A DNA stretch of 19,067 nucleotides, from NCBI GenBank assembly GCA_050239825.1, contig JBFXGO010000041.1, positions 1 to 19,067 on the forward strand. Direction: 5' to 3'. This document shows positions 1 through 8,099 of this stretch, one piece after another. Numbering within the stretch: position 1 is the stretch's first letter; every line of letters starts with the position of its first letter. Under the pieces are notes generated by a model, which had not been told where the DNA came from, did no database searches, and saw nothing but the letters and a program-made list of their open reading frames with translations. The position numbers and the translations under genes are program-made. The DNA comes from a bacterium. Lineage in GTDB: Bacteria > Hydrothermota > 32-111.

Positions 1-252
1 TCCGCGCTTTCATCTTCATTTCACTCCGACATCAAGCTCATGGCTCAATCTCGTTGAGAGATGGTTCTCTGAAATCACCTGTAAAAGGATACGCCGAGGC
101 TCATTCAAAAACCTCAAAGAGCTTATAGATACAATTAACAAGTATATCGATAACCACAATCAAAACCCAAAAGTCTTTATCTGGACAGCCTCTGTCGAAA
201 GTATTATGAGAAAAATTTCAAATGTAAAGAACTGTTAGAGACACCACACTAG
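1..252 (+). mobile_element. Right end of an IS630-family insertion sequence (partial, runs off the window start)
   Basis: Transposase C-terminus followed by GAGACACCACACTAG ending at 252. IS630 elements duplicate TA and often target CTAG. A minus-strand host gene is interrupted exactly at CTAG 249-252. Confidence 0.88.
2..238 (+). CDS. IS630-family DDE transposase, C-terminal fragment
   Basis: Manual translation of frame +2: PRFHLHFTPTSSSWLNLVERWFSEITCKRIRRGSFKNLKELIDTINKYIDNHNQNPKVFIWTASVESIMRKISNVKNC*. The HFTPxxSSWLNxVERWF motif carries the catalytic Glu of IS630 transposases. Confidence 0.92.
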   Translation, partial: PRFHLHFTPTSSSWLNLVERWFSEITCKRIRRGSFKNLKELIDTINKYIDNHNQNPKVFIWTASVESIMRKISNVKNC

Positions 253-393
253 CGTTTGTTCCATTATTTGATCGAAATATGGGAATATTCCATCAAACAC
301 AATATTCGCTACTGGTTCATGTAAAAATCCATTAGATGAAAATAATGCTATCGATATAGAAACAACCAGAACAGTTAGTATACTTTTTTTCAA
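250..393 (-). pseudogene. 5' fragment of a secreted-protein gene interrupted by IS630 (not in the ORF track)
   Basis: GGAGG (403-399), 5 nt, then TTG at 393. Reads MKKSILTVLVVSISIALFSSNGFLHEPVANIVFDGIFPYFDQIMEQTL, enters the IS at CTAG and stops at TAA 237-235. Signal-peptide-like N-terminus. Confidence 0.75.
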
Positions 394-395
394 AA

Positions 396-848
396 TCACC
401 TCCACTTGTTATCTATGATACATCTTTCGAGTCCATCTAAAAATTCTTGTCTATATTCTATATCCTTTCCTTCCTTTTCGAGATACTTATAGGCATTTTG
501 TCTTAGGTTTTCTTTTCGGTTTATTAAAAGTTCTGTGCGCCAAACTATAATATCATATATAATAATAGCAAAATTGTATGGAATAATAAGTGTTGCGGCT
601 ATCATATCAACTGCTCCATGAGATGGGAGCGTAAATGAATAACTCACCCACAAACAACTGGGTATAAGGCGATAAAGAGCACTTTTATAAGCAGATCTGA
701 TAAACATTCCCTTTCCTATTTCATATCCATGCTCCTTGGAATATTCATAACCATCTTTATAAGCTTGACTCATACCTTTATTGTTTGGTGAAGCAAATAC
801 ATTGATAATAAATACAAATACAAAAACTAATATCAGTACTTTTTTCAT
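396..848 (-). CDS. Hypothetical exported/membrane protein
   Basis: Likely start is ATG 848 (MKKVLILVFVFVFIINVFA, signal peptide), overlapping the upstream TGA as ATGA. Internal hydrophobic segment. No family recognised. Confidence 0.7.
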   Translation of the reverse strand: MKKVLILVFVFVFIINVFASPNNKGMSQAYKDGYEYSKEHGYEIGKGMFIRSAYKSALYRLIPSCLWVSYSFTLPSHGAVDMIAATLIIPYNFAIIIYDIIVWRTELLINRKENLRQNAYKYLEKEGKDIEYRQEFLDGLERCIIDNKWR

Positions 849-1339
849 AAATATACCACCCAAATCATGAAAACCTCAAAACATGTAATAGCAGCAAAGA
901 TATATTTGTTTTGTGATGCAAGTATCGCTAAGTATGAAGTGATAAACAGACTATGAAGAATCTCTTTAGCCAGTGCGTTCTTTTTATCGCTTTTACTATT
1001 ATCCTTATATATGAACTCATTTCTTATCTTGTTTAAATGCTTCTCTCTCCCTTTTTGTTCATCAGGATAATAAATCGTGATATCATTAATTGCATTATCT
1101 ATTATTCTCATTTCGTTAAAATCGTTTACTTTTTCTCCGTTTATATATATACTGTCATATTGAATATTCAATATTCTCTTTTTCAGATGATCGCTCTTTA
1201 TATCTCTTATTAGAATCCTCTCTGTTATTAAATTACCACTCTTCGTAATTTCATAGTCAAAATATTCTCTTGCTGTTACATCTAATGAAGATATCACAAT
1301 TATTGACAGCAACAGTAATATTCTATCTGTTTCTGCCAT
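845..1339 (-). CDS. Hypothetical protein with an N-terminal signal/anchor and two C-terminal hydrophobic helices
   Basis: ORF track 845-1372. The likely start is ATG 1339 (MAETDRILLLLSIIVISSLDVTA) preceded by AAGGA, overlapping the upstream gene's end. Confidence 0.7.
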   Translation of the reverse strand: MAETDRILLLLSIIVISSLDVTAREYFDYEITKSGNLITERILIRDIKSDHLKKRILNIQYDSIYINGEKVNDFNEMRIIDNAINDITIYYPDEQKGREKHLNKIRNEFIYKDNSKSDKKNALAKEILHSLFITSYLAILASQNKYIFAAITCFEVFMIWVVYL

Positions 1340-2231
1340 ATCGCATTCCTTCATTATAGTACTTTTCGTCAAATTTATGCAGTTTAATAGTATTTAAAAA
1401 AGTTAGTCCGGCTAAATAGTCAAGTGAAGATACCGAAATAAACCATTCTTGACCCAACGATCCTCCATAGGAAATACCATTCATTGTATATTGATCTGTA
1501 TAATTCATCTTCATCCATGTTGCGTAAGTAACTAATAGAGCATTGACTGAACAAAGTTCCAATGCATTAAGATTCCTTTGGATTGGTTCTTTTGATGAAA
1601 ATCCTTTCATAAATTCATCATATATGCTCTCGGCACTTTCTGGTCTCTTGTTCTTCACTTTTATATCCCTTATTGACTGAAACATTGCTATTCCTGATAA
1701 TATTGCATACGGTATCCCCAGCAAAAGTATATTTATACGCTCGCTTCTATCCGTCCGTGCAAATCCGCTCGAATCCGTTACCGCCAGTCCCAGTATCGTT
1801 GATGCTGTTAATAGTACAGTTGCTGTCGTATTTACTATTAAATCCCTGTTGCCAGCTCGGTGAAGTTTCCCCTTCTGTATATTGAACTCCCCGGAATAGT
1901 CCGGGGTATCCAGCATGAATATATTGTTATAATCCTTCCCGTTAAGCTCCTTATACATTGTATCTATTCCCTCTTCCGTTAGTCCGCCTCTCTCTATAAG
2001 ATAAAACTCTTCTTCCTCTGATTCCCTAATTACTTTATATTCACCCAATGAGTCCAAGCTCTCTTCATACCCCTTCCTTACCAAGAGATATGCGTCTCTC
2101 AATTCAGCATTCTCTTTTGTATCCTCTATCATTATTCCTATTATGTCATACGGGAACACATTGACCGTGACAAAGCATATCAGTATTGTTAATATTATCG
2201 GTTTCATTCTACTTTTATGTCTTTTTCTCAT
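1323..2231 (-). CDS. Hypothetical membrane protein
   Basis: 302-aa ORF with a signal-like N-terminus (MKPIILTILICFVTVNVF; alternative start 2207), a central pair of hydrophobic helices and an upstream promoter. Confidence 0.75.
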   Translation of the reverse strand: MRKRHKSRMKPIILTILICFVTVNVFPYDIIGIMIEDTKENAELRDAYLLVRKGYEESLDSLGEYKVIRESEEEEFYLIERGGLTEEGIDTMYKELNGKDYNNIFMLDTPDYSGEFNIQKGKLHRAGNRDLIVNTTATVLLTASTILGLAVTDSSGFARTDRSERINILLLGIPYAILSGIAMFQSIRDIKVKNKRPESAESIYDEFMKGFSSKEPIQRNLNALELCSVNALLVTYATWMKMNYTDQYTMNGISYGGSLGQEWFISVSSLDYLAGLTFLNTIKLHKFDEKYYNEGMRYGRNR

Positions 2232-2283
2232 TCATCCCAGCTTTTATATAAATATTTATTATTTTTATAATTTTATCAAAATA

Positions 2284-2312
2284 AATTTACTAAATATATT
2301 TATTTTTGTCAA
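2284..2312 (-). promoter_or_regulatory. Sigma70-type promoter for the hypothetical-protein operon
   Basis: Minus strand TTGACA (2312-2307), 17 nt, TAAATT (2289-2284). Confidence 0.6.
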
Positions 2313-2377
2313 GACCCGAGTTTTTTAGCGATAGTGTCCTCATATAGTGTAAATAATACACTATGAATGATGGTTTT

Positions 2378-2409
2378 TCAATATACAGGGGGTACCCCCT
2401 GTATATTGA
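2378..2409. repeat. Perfect 32-bp palindrome
   Basis: TCAATATACAGGGGGT|ACCCCCTGTATATTGA, with no spacer. Confidence 0.95.
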
Positions 2410-2419
2410 GACGGCTCGG

Positions 2420-2470
2420 TTGCATTTATCGGCGGAATAATTATAATAATCTTATAGGAGGTAAAAATTG
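2420..2470 (+). promoter_or_regulatory. Orphan promoter plus RBS
   Basis: TTGCAT (2420-2425), 16 nt, TATAAT (2442-2447); GGAGG (2457-2461); TTG at 2468 opens only a 6-codon ORF. Confidence 0.45.
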
Positions 2471-2815
2471 GACACTATCCTAAATTAACCTCATTCCGCC
2501 CTCTCTTATGTCTCTCCTCAACAAACTCTCATCGGTCTAAAAGATAACATCCTCGCTCAAAGAAAAACCAATCTCGCTCTCGCTAAATCCATAAGATATA
2601 ATGCTTGGGCAAAATCTCAGAACCCTTGCTTTTTTAACCGCTCTTTGATAGTATCTCTATCAGTTACTTGAGGTCAATCTCGCTGAATTACTCCGGGTCA
2701 TTATCCTCCCAACAGATACTGTTGTTGCCTAAAGACCTCTCTATGTATTTTGTGCCATTTGTCAGTTCGCATCCGCTCTGAAAAAGCATCACAGAGATAA
2801 AGAGCAGAGCAAAAC

Positions 2816-2982
2816 AAAAAGTTAATAGTTTATGGTTAATAGTTGAGAGTTGGGAAAAAATAGAAGTACGCTGGTATGCTGGTAGACTGGTATGCTTTGA
2901 TAGATTCTTCAGGATAGAGGTAACTACTGCGGACTTCAGAATGACAAAATTCGTACGCTGGTTAGCTTGTGTGCTTGTATGC
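2816..2982. repeat. Heptamer (AGTTAAT-like) and octamer (TACGCTGG/TATGCTGG-like) tandem repeats inside the ORF
   Basis: gttaatagtttatggttaatagttgagagttg (2821-2852), gtacgctggtatgctggtagactggtatgct (2866-2896) and gtacgctggttagcttgtgtgcttgtatgc (2953-2982). Confidence 0.85.
2898..2946. repeat. 49-bp REP-like dispersed element, copy 1
   Basis: TGATAGATTCTTCA-N23-TTCAGAATGACA; collinear with 8100-8148. Confidence 0.75.
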
Positions 2983-3122
2983 TTGTTATGATTGAATATA
3001 TTCTTCATAATTACTCCTTTTTCACAGTTTCATTCTCTTGTCTTTCTTAATCTCATCTTATCCTTTTAACTAAAAACTTTAACTTTCTTTTTCCAGTCTT
3101 TCCTGTTTATCGTTTTCTCTTT

Positions 3123-3257
3123 TCAACTATTAACTATGCACTATAAACTATTAACTTTTTTACCAGCTTACTCTTTCTTTTCTTTAACTATTAACTATGC
3201 ACCATAAACTATTAACTTTATTTACCAGCTCACCAGCGTACCAGTAACCAGCATACT
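3123..3257. repeat. Direct repeat of about 45 bp built from heptamers, plus an octamer array, inverted relative to 2816-2982
   Basis: aactattaactatgcac(t/c)ataaactattaacttt...taccagct at 3125-3168 and 3186-3230, then accagcgtaccagtaaccagcatac. Confidence 0.9.
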
Positions 3258-3271
3258 AAATTTTTGTCTGC

Positions 3272-4141
3272 TTATCTCTTATGTGATTTTCTATAAACTT
3301 CAATAAGACGCTCTATGGAAGTGTGAGTGTAAATCTGAGTTGTTCCTATTGATGAATGCCCTAAAAGCTCCTGAACCACTCTGATGTCAGCTCCGCTGTT
3401 GAGCATGTGCGTAGCAAATGTGTGCCTGAGAGTGTGCGGTGAAATGTTTGAAATTTTTGCGAAATCAGATATTCTTTTTTTTACAATTCTTCTGATGTCC
3501 CTGTTGTCAAGCCTGTGTCCGCGTATTGATACAATTAAAGCTCTATCATTTGAATTTCTAAGAGCCATATAACTGTTTAAAATATCTTTTGTCGGTATAT
3601 TAATGGGCACATGTCTCTCCTTTCCTCCCTTTGCATGCTTGATTTTGACTGTCATCTCGCTTGTAGAGACATCCTCTATGTCAAGAGAGACAAGCTCATT
3701 CGACCTCATTCCGGTGGCATAAAGCATTTCAAATATAAGTCTGTCTCTCACATCAGTGAATGCGCACCCCTTCATTGAGTCGAGGAACTGATTCATAATG
3801 TCGACACTCACAAAGACCGGAAGCTTCTTCTCGAAAGAGGGTGTCTTTATCAAAGACATCGGATTCTTCTTAACAATCTGCTCCCTGGAAAGAAATTTAA
3901 AAAATGATTTCAATGTGGCGACTTTCCTTGATATTGACCTCTTCTTCATTCCGGTTTCAGAGAGGTATGAAATAAACATCCTGACCATTCTCTTGTCGAC
4001 ATCTTCAATGCGTGGAACCTTCTCGTTTTCAAGATACTCTGCAAATTGCTCCAAATCAACTGCATACGCCTTTTGTGTCAACATGGAGTAATTTTTCTGC
4101 ACTCTTATGTAATTTAAAAAATTATCAATGTGTTGTCTCAT
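3272..4141 (-). CDS. xerC: Tyrosine recombinase XerC
   Basis: Catalytic set R (YATGMRSNE), K (KGGKER), HxLRH (SPHTLRHTFATH), H (LLGHSS) and Y (TQIYTH); SAM-like N-domain; overlaps the end of trmFO as in the trmFO-xerC gene order. Confidence 0.9.
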   Translation of the reverse strand: MRQHIDNFLNYIRVQKNYSMLTQKAYAVDLEQFAEYLENEKVPRIEDVDKRMVRMFISYLSETGMKKRSISRKVATLKSFFKFLSREQIVKKNPMSLIKTPSFEKKLPVFVSVDIMNQFLDSMKGCAFTDVRDRLIFEMLYATGMRSNELVSLDIEDVSTSEMTVKIKHAKGGKERHVPINIPTKDILNSYMALRNSNDRALIVSIRGHRLDNRDIRRIVKKRISDFAKISNISPHTLRHTFATHMLNSGADIRVVQELLGHSSIGTTQIYTHTSIERLIEVYRKSHKR

Positions 4142-5405
4142 TGTACCATCCGTAAATATCTCTCAATGCCCTCTTGGCATAAAATAATTTATCTTTTTTG
4201 CTGTACTCTTTGAATAACCCGAAGTTTGCATTCATTGGACTTATTTTTTTATTGCTCTTCAGGATATATCTTAGAAGCGAACCTGACATTGTAGTTTCAG
4301 GAGGAAGACTTATGCTCTTTTTATTTAACTTTGAATACACTGATAAAGCGGCATAAAGCCCCGTGAGAACAGCCTCCATATATCCTTCCGAGCCGGTGAG
4401 TTGCCCTGCGAGAAAAGAACCGCTCTGGTTTTTGAATTCGAGATTCTCGTTTAAGACGGTAGGTGAATCAACATAGGGATTTCTGTGCATCACTCCGTAT
4501 CTGAGTATCTCGGTTTTTTCAAGCCCCGGTATCATTCTTACGATTCTATCCTGCTCTCTCCATTTCAATCTTGTCTGACATCCAACCAGATTGAGCATCG
4601 TTCCTTCCCTATTTTCATTTCTCAGCTGTACGACTGCATAATATTTTTTATCAAATCCAACCGGTTTCATAACTCCAAATACAAGCGCCCTCCTTCCGTA
4701 GCGGGCAATCTCCTCAAAAGGCATACACCCTGAGAAAAATTCCTCCCTATCTGTTTCATCAAATTCAGCTCTCTCAGCATTCAAAAGTTCATCATAGAAT
4801 TTGTTGAATTCATCCTTTGTCATCGGGCAGTTCACATAGTCGCTCCCTTCATTGTATCTTGAAGCGGTAAAGCATATATTCATGTTTACGGAGTCCCGCG
4901 ATACTATTGGAGAGACGGCATCGGTAAAATGGTAAAAATCTCTGCCCGCCTTTTCCTTAATATAATCAAGGATGTTTTGGGAAGCAAATGGACCTGCGGC
5001 GATTATTGTCATTTTGCTTATGTCGCTTCTGTCAGCCTCTTTTCTTTTGACTGCAATGTTTGCGTCACTCTCTATCTCTGATGTAACGGATGAGGAAAAT
5101 TCATCTCTGTCTATTGCTAGAGCTTTTCCTGCTTTGACTCTAGTTTTGTGGGCATGATACATTATGTCGCTTCTCATGACTGCAAGCTCCGCTTTCAAAA
5201 GGCCATGAGCATTTTTTATCTCCACTGATTTGAATGAATTTGAGCACACTGGATAGGCAAATGAAGCGGAGTTATTGAAATGCTTCATCTTTTCATCGGG
5301 TCTCTTTTCAATAAGAAGCACTTTCACATTCAATTTGGATAGCGTCATTGCGGCTTCGCTACCTGCAAAACCGCCTCCTATGACAGTCACCCTCTCCTCT
5401 GTCAT
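4125..5405 (-). CDS. trmFO: FAD/folate-dependent tRNA (uracil-54)-methyltransferase TrmFO
   Basis: VIGGGFAGSEAA FAD motif, VCSNSFKS, FSGCMPFE, YAVVQLRNEN, RYGVMHRN and AGQLTGSEGY. Confidence 0.96.
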   Translation of the reverse strand: MTEERVTVIGGGFAGSEAAMTLSKLNVKVLLIEKRPDEKMKHFNNSASFAYPVCSNSFKSVEIKNAHGLLKAELAVMRSDIMYHAHKTRVKAGKALAIDRDEFSSSVTSEIESDANIAVKRKEADRSDISKMTIIAAGPFASQNILDYIKEKAGRDFYHFTDAVSPIVSRDSVNMNICFTASRYNEGSDYVNCPMTKDEFNKFYDELLNAERAEFDETDREEFFSGCMPFEEIARYGRRALVFGVMKPVGFDKKYYAVVQLRNENREGTMLNLVGCQTRLKWREQDRIVRMIPGLEKTEILRYGVMHRNPYVDSPTVLNENLEFKNQSGSFLAGQLTGSEGYMEAVLTGLYAALSVYSKLNKKSISLPPETTMSGSLLRYILKSNKKISPMNANFGLFKEYSKKDKLFYAKRALRDIYGWYNETTH

Positions 5406-5406
5406 G

Positions 5407-7569
5407 TTACTTCAGGAGAATGAAACCCTTTTTTACTATTTTCTTCCCCTCTGCCTTAACAAAATATTTTCCGCTCTTCAAAAAAGAGACATCCACGGAT
5501 GCATCCCTCTGTGTTGTGACTGTTTTGTTTAACAGCACTGCGCCGTCGCACCTTATGATCTTTATACTTATCTGCTGCTCAGCATTTGAATAGACTTTAA
5601 GGTTCAGCTCTCTTGTTTGTGAATTGTATGAGATAGTCATATCATCAAGCATTGAAGTATCCTTTATGGAAGGATATGCTTCGGAAATACCCACTCCGCA
5701 CCTGTCAGAAAGCACTGTATTTCCATATACAGAAGAGTGGGGAAGAACCGTAAGATAGTTATTGGAGGCATACGGGTCAAATGTCAGCTCGATGAATGTA
5801 TCTGCCACTTCGGATGCATACTCTTCTCTGAAAGCGGAATCCGTCACAGGATAAACATTGTCTATATATACTCCAAATGAAGATGGATATCCGGAGAAAA
5901 GAGTTCTGAATCTTATAAAAACATCTTTATTAACCCATTTACCAAGGTCTATTGCATACCTCTTCCATTCGGAATCCGCGCCTGTATAACTCTTTAAAGT
6001 GTCTATCGGCAGATAAAGATTATCATCTTCGGAAATTTCGGGAAAGAGATAGTCATTTCCTGCGCTGAGATCATACTTCATATAAAAGACAAGGGAATCC
6101 CCGTCGCGAACTCGCACCTTCTCTTTCAGTTTTATTATTGATGCCGAAGTGTTCACATTCCACGGATGGAGTGAAGCAAAAGATGAATAGTATTCGGTTG
6201 AATCTACAGATGCATAGGTCATTTCATATTTTGAAGTGTCATTGTAAAAGTCTGTTACATTCTTCAATTCATCTTCAATGTAAATTGTAAAATAATCCGC
6301 ATTGGCCGTATTCAATCCTGACCAAAATAGCGAGTCATCCCCGCTTATTTCAAGTTCGGGTTTTAATGGCATCTCTTTTGCTTTTCCTCTTACAGAATCG
6401 CAGAGGATGGCGGCTTTCAGAAGCCCGGGATAAACCCTCCTATATAGTGAATCAAGGGTTGATGCGGCAGGCTGGAATGAAATATCCACTTCAAGAGTGT
6501 ACGGAATGGTGGTTTTTCCCTTTACTCTCTTAGTCCATCCGTATATCCAGTCATCGCAGTCACCTGTTGTCGGATACATTTCAACTGAACGGTAATAATC
6601 ATAAGTTGTAATTCCGTCATTCATCCTCATGCCGCCGGCTATTTTTTCTGCCGCAGATATTATAAGAGAATCATCGAAAGTTGCCGAATAAATTGAACTC
6701 CACGGGTAGATAAGAGCCTGCGCATAAGAGTGGAGAGATATCGAAATGCTGAAATCATAATTTTCAATAAGTTTTTTGACGCTCCGTGTCTCTGCTTCGC
6801 TCGCCGGATAGGGTCCCGCATAAAGGTAAAGGTCGGAAGGATTGAGAGAGATTCCGGAAGGGTAGCCCCAATCAGACATCAAGTTTCTGTTGCATCCTCC
6901 GTCATAGTTTCTGTTGAGGTCAACTCCATAGTTGCCTGCCCTGTATGTGCGGTTTTTTCTCCAGTAATTGTCTCCCAAAGGATCATCATGCGAATAGTAG
7001 TATCCGTCGGGATTAACAATCGGATAAACAACTATGAAGTTTTCATCTATCATTCTCTTAACGATAGTGTCCGTCTCGTATGATGCCATAATGGATTCCG
7101 CAAAGAAGATTGCCAAAGGAATGGTCTGCCATTCGCGCGCATGATGCTCAGCCATCAGAAGGAATGCATTCTGCCCCTGATACGAATCGGAATTCACTCC
7201 GTTTATCTTCAGAATAACAAGAGGATTGCCTTCATAAGTGAAACCGAGAGTCTCAAGGGAGCATATAGAATCATACTTCGCAGAGAGAGAGTCAAGAATT
7301 TCGTAGTATTCGCTCAAGGCAAGATATTCTCCCTTAGAATCTGCCTTCGGCGAAGATGTCATTTCAATTCCCATGCTTTTGATTTTTTCTGTCTGAGTTT
7401 CACTTAAATTGAGCTCCACCCACTCACCCTTCCTATATCCTATAATATCAAGGTCTATGATGCTCTCTCTTATACGGATAAATTCATCAAACTCTACCTT
7501 GACAATCTCTCGAGGGAATGAGATAAGAAAGAATGCCGATAATAACAATGAAATAATTATTTTTTTCAT
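5407..7569 (-). CDS. Secreted M14 zinc carboxypeptidase with a beta-sandwich domain and a T9SS-like C-terminal sorting domain
   Basis: Signal peptide; HHAREW (HxxE), NPDGY, WRKNR, GVDLNRNY, SLHSY, GDCDDW and TLE; C-terminus LKSGKYFVKAEGKKIVKKGFILLK resembles a T9SS type A CTD. Confidence 0.9.
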   Translation of the reverse strand: MKKIIISLLLSAFFLISFPREIVKVEFDEFIRIRESIIDLDIIGYRKGEWVELNLSETQTEKIKSMGIEMTSSPKADSKGEYLALSEYYEILDSLSAKYDSICSLETLGFTYEGNPLVILKINGVNSDSYQGQNAFLLMAEHHAREWQTIPLAIFFAESIMASYETDTIVKRMIDENFIVVYPIVNPDGYYYSHDDPLGDNYWRKNRTYRAGNYGVDLNRNYDGGCNRNLMSDWGYPSGISLNPSDLYLYAGPYPASEAETRSVKKLIENYDFSISISLHSYAQALIYPWSSIYSATFDDSLIISAAEKIAGGMRMNDGITTYDYYRSVEMYPTTGDCDDWIYGWTKRVKGKTTIPYTLEVDISFQPAASTLDSLYRRVYPGLLKAAILCDSVRGKAKEMPLKPELEISGDDSLFWSGLNTANADYFTIYIEDELKNVTDFYNDTSKYEMTYASVDSTEYYSSFASLHPWNVNTSASIIKLKEKVRVRDGDSLVFYMKYDLSAGNDYLFPEISEDDNLYLPIDTLKSYTGADSEWKRYAIDLGKWVNKDVFIRFRTLFSGYPSSFGVYIDNVYPVTDSAFREEYASEVADTFIELTFDPYASNNYLTVLPHSSVYGNTVLSDRCGVGISEAYPSIKDTSMLDDMTISYNSQTRELNLKVYSNAEQQISIKIIRCDGAVLLNKTVTTQRDASVDVSFLKSGKYFVKAEGKKIVKKGFILLK

Positions 7570-7575
7570 GAATTA

Positions 7576-7604
7576 AATATAAGAAGATATCAGATAAAAG
7601 TCAA
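7576..7604 (-). promoter_or_regulatory. Sigma70-type promoter predicting a leaderless transcript
   Basis: TTGACT (7604-7599), 17 nt, TATATT (7581-7576), 6 nt, ATG at 7569; no Shine-Dalgarno. Confidence 0.65.
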
Positions 7605-7776
7605 TACCCGACTGGTCTTATATTCGTAACAAAACAGGAAAATGTGCGAGCCGACGCTACGCTCCCTGCTGCCAGCAAATCAGTCTTCTATGGTATAATT
7701 CAGTTACGAGTTGAGAGTTACGGGTTGCGAGTTCAAATACAATACGGGGAGTTGAGTAATATTTATTCTTTTCAGT

Positions 7777-8041
7777 AATCTTCACAAAGTTCTGGTGCAA
7801 CCCGAGTTGTATATCATGTGCGCTCGCGCACATTCCTCCCAAGCCAATGCTTTGTGAAGATTCATTCAATTAATTATCTTATTGAAAGTGTAAGCTGCAA
7901 GCTCATGAGGATGTCAGCCGGGGCAGCCCATCATGTGTGGGGACATGTACTTGTACTGTCCCCATAACATGACTGCTGTTTTCAGCACTCCAACTCTACT
8001 CCATCATGATATAGCTGCCTAAGGCTGATGTGCGAATGAGC
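7777..8041 (+). ncRNA. Candidate structured RNA of unknown family (alternatively a mosaic of REP-like palindromes)
   Basis: A 13-bp stem (7777-7789/7850-7862) enclosing two hairpins, and a rod 7901-8041 whose G-U pairs favour the + strand; extended -10 TGGTATAAT at 7691-7699. Confidence 0.35.
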
Positions 8042-8099
8042 GCTATGCCCGCCAGCAGCCACCAATCAATCTTCAATAATCAACAAACAAACAATAAAA

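Larger units (their letters stand above)
2480..3008 (-). pseudogene. Probable decayed lipoprotein gene with repeats inserted in its N-terminus
   Basis: AAGGAG RBS before ATG 3008. Hydrophobic stretch with a lipobox-like LFQSGC. Stop at 2690-2688 only 26 residues after the Cys. Downstream sequence still reads protein-like through several stops and a frame change (FSEIDLK*LIEILSKSG*; SIISYGFSESEIGFSLSEDVIF*TDESLLRRDIREGGMRLI*). Confidence 0.5.

Noticed and set aside
2816..3257. Diversity-generating retroelement template/variable repeat pair
   Set aside because: The repeats are short-period and low-complexity, and no reverse transcriptase is present in the window.
3272..4141. Integron or phage integrase interpretation of the recombinase
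   Set aside because: Its length and motifs fit XerC, I see no IntI-specific insertion, it is linked to trmFO, and no convincing attC sites were found.
7657..7869. 70-aa minus-strand ORF
   Set aside because: It is largely translated hairpin and heptamer repeat sequence (ELATRNSQLVTE), with no RBS.
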